Assembly (NCBI RefSeq): GCF_022808675.1
Contig: NZ_JAKZKV010000005.1
Location: 261,953-325,952, forward strand
Direction: 5' to 3'
Source: Parabacteroides sp. FAFU027
GTDB lineage: Bacteria; Bacteroidota; Bacteroidia; Bacteroidales; UBA7332
Length of the DNA stretch: 64,000 nt
Part shown: piece by piece, positions 60,085-64,000 of the stretch
Layout: every line of letters begins with the position of its first letter
Position numbering within the stretch: position 1 is the stretch's first letter
Notes under the pieces: generated by a model
The model's input: only the letters and a program-made list of their open reading frames with translations
The model's database searches: none
What the model was told of the DNA's origin: nothing
Translations under genes and position numbers: made by a program

Positions 60085-61158
60085 ATGAAACTAAACATTG
60101 CCGTATTGCCCGGAGACGGAATCGGGCCAGAAATCGTTGAACAGGCGTTGAACGTAACCAAAGAAGTTTGTAAAAAATTCGGTCACGAACTGATTTACGA
60201 AACTGCAATCGTAGGTGCATGCGCTATCGACGAGGTAGGCAACCCTTACCCGGATGCAACTCACGAACTGTGTATGAAGTCTGACGCTGTTCTTTTCGGT
60301 GCTATCGGTCACCCGAAATTCGACAACGACCCTTCTGCCAAAGTTCGTCCTGAGCAAGGTCTGTTGGCTATGCGTAAAAAACTCGGTTTGTACGCAAACA
60401 TCCGTCCTGTGACTACTTTCCCTTCATTGTTGCACAAATCTCCGCTTCGTGCCGACCTCGTTGAAGGAGCTGACTTCATGTGCATCCGCGAGTTGACCGG
60501 TGGTATCTACTTCGGTCGTCCGCAAGGTCGCTCAGAAGATGGCAACACAGCTTACGATACCTGCGTTTATACCCGCGAAGAAATCGAACGCATCATCCAC
60601 CTGGCATACAAATACGCTATGCAGCGTAACAAAAAAGTGACTATTGTGGACAAAGCTAACGTATTGTGTACTTCACGTATGTGGCGTCAGATCGGTCAGG
60701 AAATCCAGGTTCAATATCCAGAAGTGGAAACTGAATACATGTTTGTGGACAACGCTGCAATGCGTATCATCCAGTGGCCAAAAAGCTTCGACGTGATGGT
60801 GACTGAAAACATGTTTGGTGACATCCTGACTGACGAAGCATCTGTAATCACCGGCTCTTTGGGACTGTTGCCATCTGCTTCTATCGGTATCCACACTTCT
60901 GTGTTTGAGCCAATCCACGGTTCTTATCCGCAAGCTGCCGGCAAAAACATCGCTAACCCGATCGCTACTGTACTTTCAGCAGCATTGATGTTCGAATATG
61001 CATTCGGATTGATGGAAGAAGGTAAGGCTATCCGCGATGCTGTAACTGCATCTATGGAAGCTGGCATCGTAACTGAAGATATCGCTGGCGCTGAAGGCAA
61101 AGCTTACAAAACTTCAGAAGTAGGTAAATGGATCGCTGAATACGTGGCGAAAAACTAA
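60085..61158 (+). CDS. leuB: 3-isopropylmalate dehydrogenase
   Basis: [17 protein letters not shown]...[12 protein letters not shown] signature of the isocitrate/isopropylmalate dehydrogenase family. 357 aa. Confidence 0.95.
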   Translation: MKLNIAVLPGDGIGPEIVEQALNVTKEVCKKFGHELIYETAIVGACAIDEVGNPYPDATHELCMKSDAVLFGAIGHPKFDNDPSAKVRPEQGLLAMRKKLGLYANIRPVTTFPSLLHKSPLRADLVEGADFMCIRELTGGIYFGRPQGRSEDGNTAYDTCVYTREEIERIIHLAYKYAMQRNKKVTIVDKANVLCTSRMWRQIGQEIQVQYPEVETEYMFVDNAAMRIIQWPKSFDVMVTENMFGDILTDEASVITGSLGLLPSASIGIHTSVFEPIHGSYPQAAGKNIANPIATVLSAALMFEYAFGLMEEGKAIRDAVTASMEAGIVTEDIAGAEGKAYKTSEVGKWIAEYVAKN

Positions 61159-61182
61159 TCCGACAACTCTTTTTTTCTATAT

Positions 61183-61220
61183 AAACGGGGGCATTCCGAA
61201 TGGAGTGTTCCCGTTTTTTA
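61183..61220 (+). terminator. Rho-independent terminator after leuB
   Basis: aaacggggg...cccgtttttt. Confidence 0.6.
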
Positions 61221-61285
61221 TTTATGTTATCCACATTCTTCAATTCCTATTTATTACATTTGTAGAAACACAAATACTTCAATTT

Positions 61286-62014
61286 ATGTACAATCAAGTT
61301 TCTTCAATATTAATTATCCTTCTAATCTCAACAACAAGTTCTTGTACAAATAAAGCTGAAAATGGTGATTCCAAAATTGCGTATATTACTCATACCAAAT
61401 ACAATTCCGTTGTTCAAAATACAAATATTGATTCTTTATCCCAATATAGTTATGTCGAGTTATATCAAAAAATCAAATCAACTTTAAAAGGAGCTTCATT
61501 TGAACGTCCTTTTGTAAAAACCAAAGATTATCATTTTTCCAATCCAAATAAACCAGACCATTTTATAATTGAAATACCAGCTGGACTTATAGCCAAATCT
61601 AAATCCAGATTTGTAATAAAAGACAATGATGGAAAAACTATTTACGAAGAAACTTTTGATACTCACTATTTAGTTCGAGATATATTCGACCCTGAAACAA
61701 TACCTACAGAAAGCCAAGAAGCTATTGACAGATATAGGAAAAAATATATCTACTCTTTGACCAAAAAACAATTCGAAACCTTCACACAAAAAGAGGTGGA
61801 CAGAAATCTAAATATTTTCTTCTGCAATCGACAGGATATTATTTCTATGAATAATGATGAGGGAATAATTAATAAAGAATTTTACCATGAGGTTATAAGC
61901 GACTCTACACTGAAGATTATTAGTCTTCCTTGTTTTGATTGTGATGAAGGTGTGTATATTCTCAGCTTCAGCAAACAAAAAGGAAGAGTAATTAGATTTA
62001 TGTCTCTTGACTAG
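61286..62014 (+). CDS. Hypothetical lipoprotein
   Basis: Lipobox ILLISTTSSC, Lys/Asp-rich soluble domain. The internal Met at 61286 is chosen as start. Confidence 0.4.
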   Translation: MYNQVSSILIILLISTTSSCTNKAENGDSKIAYITHTKYNSVVQNTNIDSLSQYSYVELYQKIKSTLKGASFERPFVKTKDYHFSNPNKPDHFIIEIPAGLIAKSKSRFVIKDNDGKTIYEETFDTHYLVRDIFDPETIPTESQEAIDRYRKKYIYSLTKKQFETFTQKEVDRNLNIFFCNRQDIISMNNDEGIINKEFYHEVISDSTLKIISLPCFDCDEGVYILSFSKQKGRVIRFMSLD

Positions 62015-62039
62015 AAACCTCAGCCACCCCGCTCCAGGC

Positions 62040-62280
62040 CAGGTTTGCCTTAGCTGAGCCTCAGCCAGTAAGAACTGACTTCGGTTCTACCCGGATGAGC
62101 CTCAGCTGACAAGAACTGAACGGGATTCTCACCAGCTTAGGCTCGGCTAACGAGAACGGACCCCGATTCTCTTCGGCTGAGCCTCATCCAGGTCAAACTG
62201 AGCCCGGTTCTGCCCGGCTGAGCCTCAGCTGGCAACTTCTCTCCTCCAGTCAGCTGAGCCTCAGCTGACGATACCAATTT
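62040..62280. repeat. Degenerate tandem array of 5-6 copies of a ~42-bp unit with the core GCTGAGCCTCAGC
   Basis: ctgagcctcag(c) recurs at ~62052, 62096, 62180, 62220 and 62248, with related gctcggct at 62141. The intervening sequences are related to each other (aagaactga, cggttct). Confidence 0.6.
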
Positions 62281-62378
62281 ATCTTCAATCAAAGCCCGGA
62301 TATACTATTCGAATAAAATAAAGAATCCTTCCCAACAAAAGTCAGAAAGGATTCAATCCATTCATTCAATTAAACTTT

Positions 62379-62723
62379 TTATTTGGCTCCCTTGGTCAGA
62401 TACTTCAGAATAAGGGCTTTTTCCTGATTATTGATGCGGGCCTTTGGAGCCATCTTATCCATAATACGTTTCCAGCGGGTGGTATCGTAACGTTCCGGCT
62501 CATAAAGGTTGTGACAACTAGCGCATTTATTGACATACAATTCACGACCCTGCTTCAGCTCAGCGAGAGATGCCCGGGTCGTCACATCCTTTTTGGCTGG
62601 CTTGTACAGGCCAGCGCTCACCGATGCAATTAAGGCTAAACTTGCCAGGGTAAACCCCACCAGGCGTTTGGGATTAGAAAGCGAACGATACCAACAGTCG
62701 ATACTGCATTTTTTCATACTCAA
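62379..62723 (-). CDS. Membrane-anchored monohaem c-type cytochrome
   Basis: N-terminal TM LVGFTLASLALIASVSA. Single CASCH haem-binding motif. ~110 aa. Confidence 0.6.
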   Translation of the reverse strand: MSMKKCSIDCWYRSLSNPKRLVGFTLASLALIASVSAGLYKPAKKDVTTRASLAELKQGRELYVNKCASCHNLYEPERYDTTRWKRIMDKMAPKARINNQEKALILKYLTKGAK

Positions 62724-63489
62724 CTAAGTTTAAAGATTTTCCTTCATTACCTTTGAACCCTTTGACCTGTGGCATGAGCGAGAAATTCACCCAGAAATTG
62801 TCACGCACATAAGACATGCCCACACCCGAATAAAGCCCACTGTGCTCCAGCTCACCCTCGGAAAACACATTACGGAAAGCATGTTCAGTAGTAATCTGAA
62901 ACTTTGGGCTGAGGGCATACGCCAAACCGACATTGAGTTCAGCCTTATGCTCAGCTTCCCATTCCGCCTTATTGTTTTCAAGTTCTGCTTCGGTCTCCAG
63001 CTCATATACGGCATTGGCTGCAAGAGTAAACTTGTTGATTTTCTTGTCGAGAATCACTTTTCCCTCGAATTCGTTTTCCTTTGTTCCAATGCCAAGCTCG
63101 CCATACAACGCCAGGCCAACAGGGTCCGCTACAGCATCTAACAATTTGTACTTCCATTCGTTCGAAAAACTGATATCATGTTCTGTTTCCAACGACTTTA
63201 TACCTCCATTATCGACTGCCGAGGTCTGAGTGGAAAGATTGAGGTAAAAAGATGTCTGGAGATTATTTCCCAGACCGATTTCAAACTCGGTACGGTGATC
63301 AAATCCGGTGAAGAAATCGCTCTTACCGGTGCGGTAGGTGTTCCAGATTTCAATCTCACGTTGGCCTTTATTTAACACGCCACTTTGATAAGTATAGGTA
63401 AAAATACGGTCCTGAGCCTGAGAGTACATCGCAGTTAGCAGGAAGAAAGTCAGCATTGCGCTTTTTAGGAGTAGGTTCTTTACATTCAT
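62674..63489 (-). CDS. Hypothetical outer-membrane beta-barrel protein
   Basis: Signal peptide MNVKNLLLKSAMLTFFLLTAMYSQAQ, amphipathic strand pattern, terminal F. Confidence 0.45.
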   Translation of the reverse strand: MNVKNLLLKSAMLTFFLLTAMYSQAQDRIFTYTYQSGVLNKGQREIEIWNTYRTGKSDFFTGFDHRTEFEIGLGNNLQTSFYLNLSTQTSAVDNGGIKSLETEHDISFSNEWKYKLLDAVADPVGLALYGELGIGTKENEFEGKVILDKKINKFTLAANAVYELETEAELENNKAEWEAEHKAELNVGLAYALSPKFQITTEHAFRNVFSEGELEHSGLYSGVGMSYVRDNFWVNFSLMPQVKGFKGNEGKSLNLVEYEKMQYRLLVSFAF

Positions 63490-63683
63490 ACGATTCTATT
63501 TTTGATATGATTTTATGAATGCAAAGGAAGCGCTTCTGCACCAGCAGTACAATCCCTATAAATGGGGAAATTTAAGTGTAAAAGTCCCCAAATCTGGGTA
63601 TTTGAGTCAGTTTTAAGCGAAAAAGAGAGAGGTAACCCGAAACAAATCAGATTACCTCTCTCATATTATCTACGATTACTCGT

Positions 63684-64000
63684 TTATGCAATATAATCGG
63701 CAAATACTTTCGTAATACCCTCTTCCAGAGAGATTTTCGCAGTCCAGCCCAGTGATGAGAGTTTGGAGTTATCCATCAACTTGCGGGGAGTGCCATCCGG
63801 TTTGGTAGAATCCCATACCAGGTTACCTTCGTAACCGGTAATTTTCTGAACCAACTCTGCCAGTTCTTTGATTGTCTGGTCCGTACCACTACCCACATTC
63901 ACATGCGAAGGAATCTGGTCAGGTGCGTCGTAATTCAGCATAAGATAGACACAGGCATCCGCCATATCATCCACGTGCAGGAATTCGCGCAACGGGCTTC
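63684..64000 (-). CDS. fcl: GDP-L-fucose synthase (GDP-4-keto-6-deoxy-D-mannose epimerase/reductase), C-terminal part. The N-terminus lies beyond the window end.
   Basis: FLHVDDMADACVYLM...VNVGSGTDQTIKELAELV...WDSTKPDGTPRKLMD is the conserved Fcl C-terminal region. The ORF is open to the window edge. Confidence 0.8.
   Translation of the reverse strand, partial: SPLREFLHVDDMADACVYLMLNYDAPDQIPSHVNVGSGTDQTIKELAELVQKITGYEGNLVWDSTKPDGTPRKLMDNSKLSSLGWTAKISLEEGITKVFADYIA

Overview
The window reads as a Bacteroidota (Bacteroidales-like) chromosomal segment. The lineage call is an inference from gene content: a type IX secretion (T9SS) C-terminal domain, BspA-type leucine-rich-repeat surface protein, TonB-dependent receptors, DUF3857/3858 pairs and FKBP/Gpx paralogs. 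Most of the window is housekeeping and central metabolism. A 5'-truncated citrate synthase is followed by SlyD, a periplasmic glutathione peroxidase, a trimeric electron-bifurcating-type [FeFe]-hydrogenase hydCBA operon, pyruvate phosphate dikinase and an oxaloacetate-decarboxylase-alpha-like carboxyltransferase. Further on are TrhO, a membrane H+/Na+-pyrophosphatase, Tag glycosylase, an araDAB arabinose operon, LepA, divergent kbl/tdh threonine catabolism genes, LeuB and a 3'-truncated GDP-fucose synthase. Accessory-looking content falls in four places. (1) A tandemly duplicated two-gene uptake module, each copy a TonB-dependent receptor plus a DUF4249-like lipoprotein, at 3.3-10.0 kb. (2) A REP/RAYT island at 35.4-41.0 kb: a full IS200-like REP-associated tyrosine transposase (RAYT) whose ORF carries an in-frame array of its own REP palindromes, more REPs upstream, and a second truncated RAYT 3' remnant. 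The two RAYT 3' ends form ~100-bp direct repeats that bracket an OM beta-barrel gene and a 1178-aa BspA-LRR T9SS-secreted surface protein. (3) Several unrelated structured repeat arrays: a 16-bp palindrome array at the hydB/hydA junction, a degenerate TTGTAG-motif array downstream of a LuxR regulator, a 21-bp tandem repeat before leuB, and a ~42-bp degenerate array at 62.0 kb. (4) A PAS-LuxR regulator transcribed divergently from an unknown 235-aa protein across palindromes. I found no CRISPR array, rRNA or convincing tRNA by eye.
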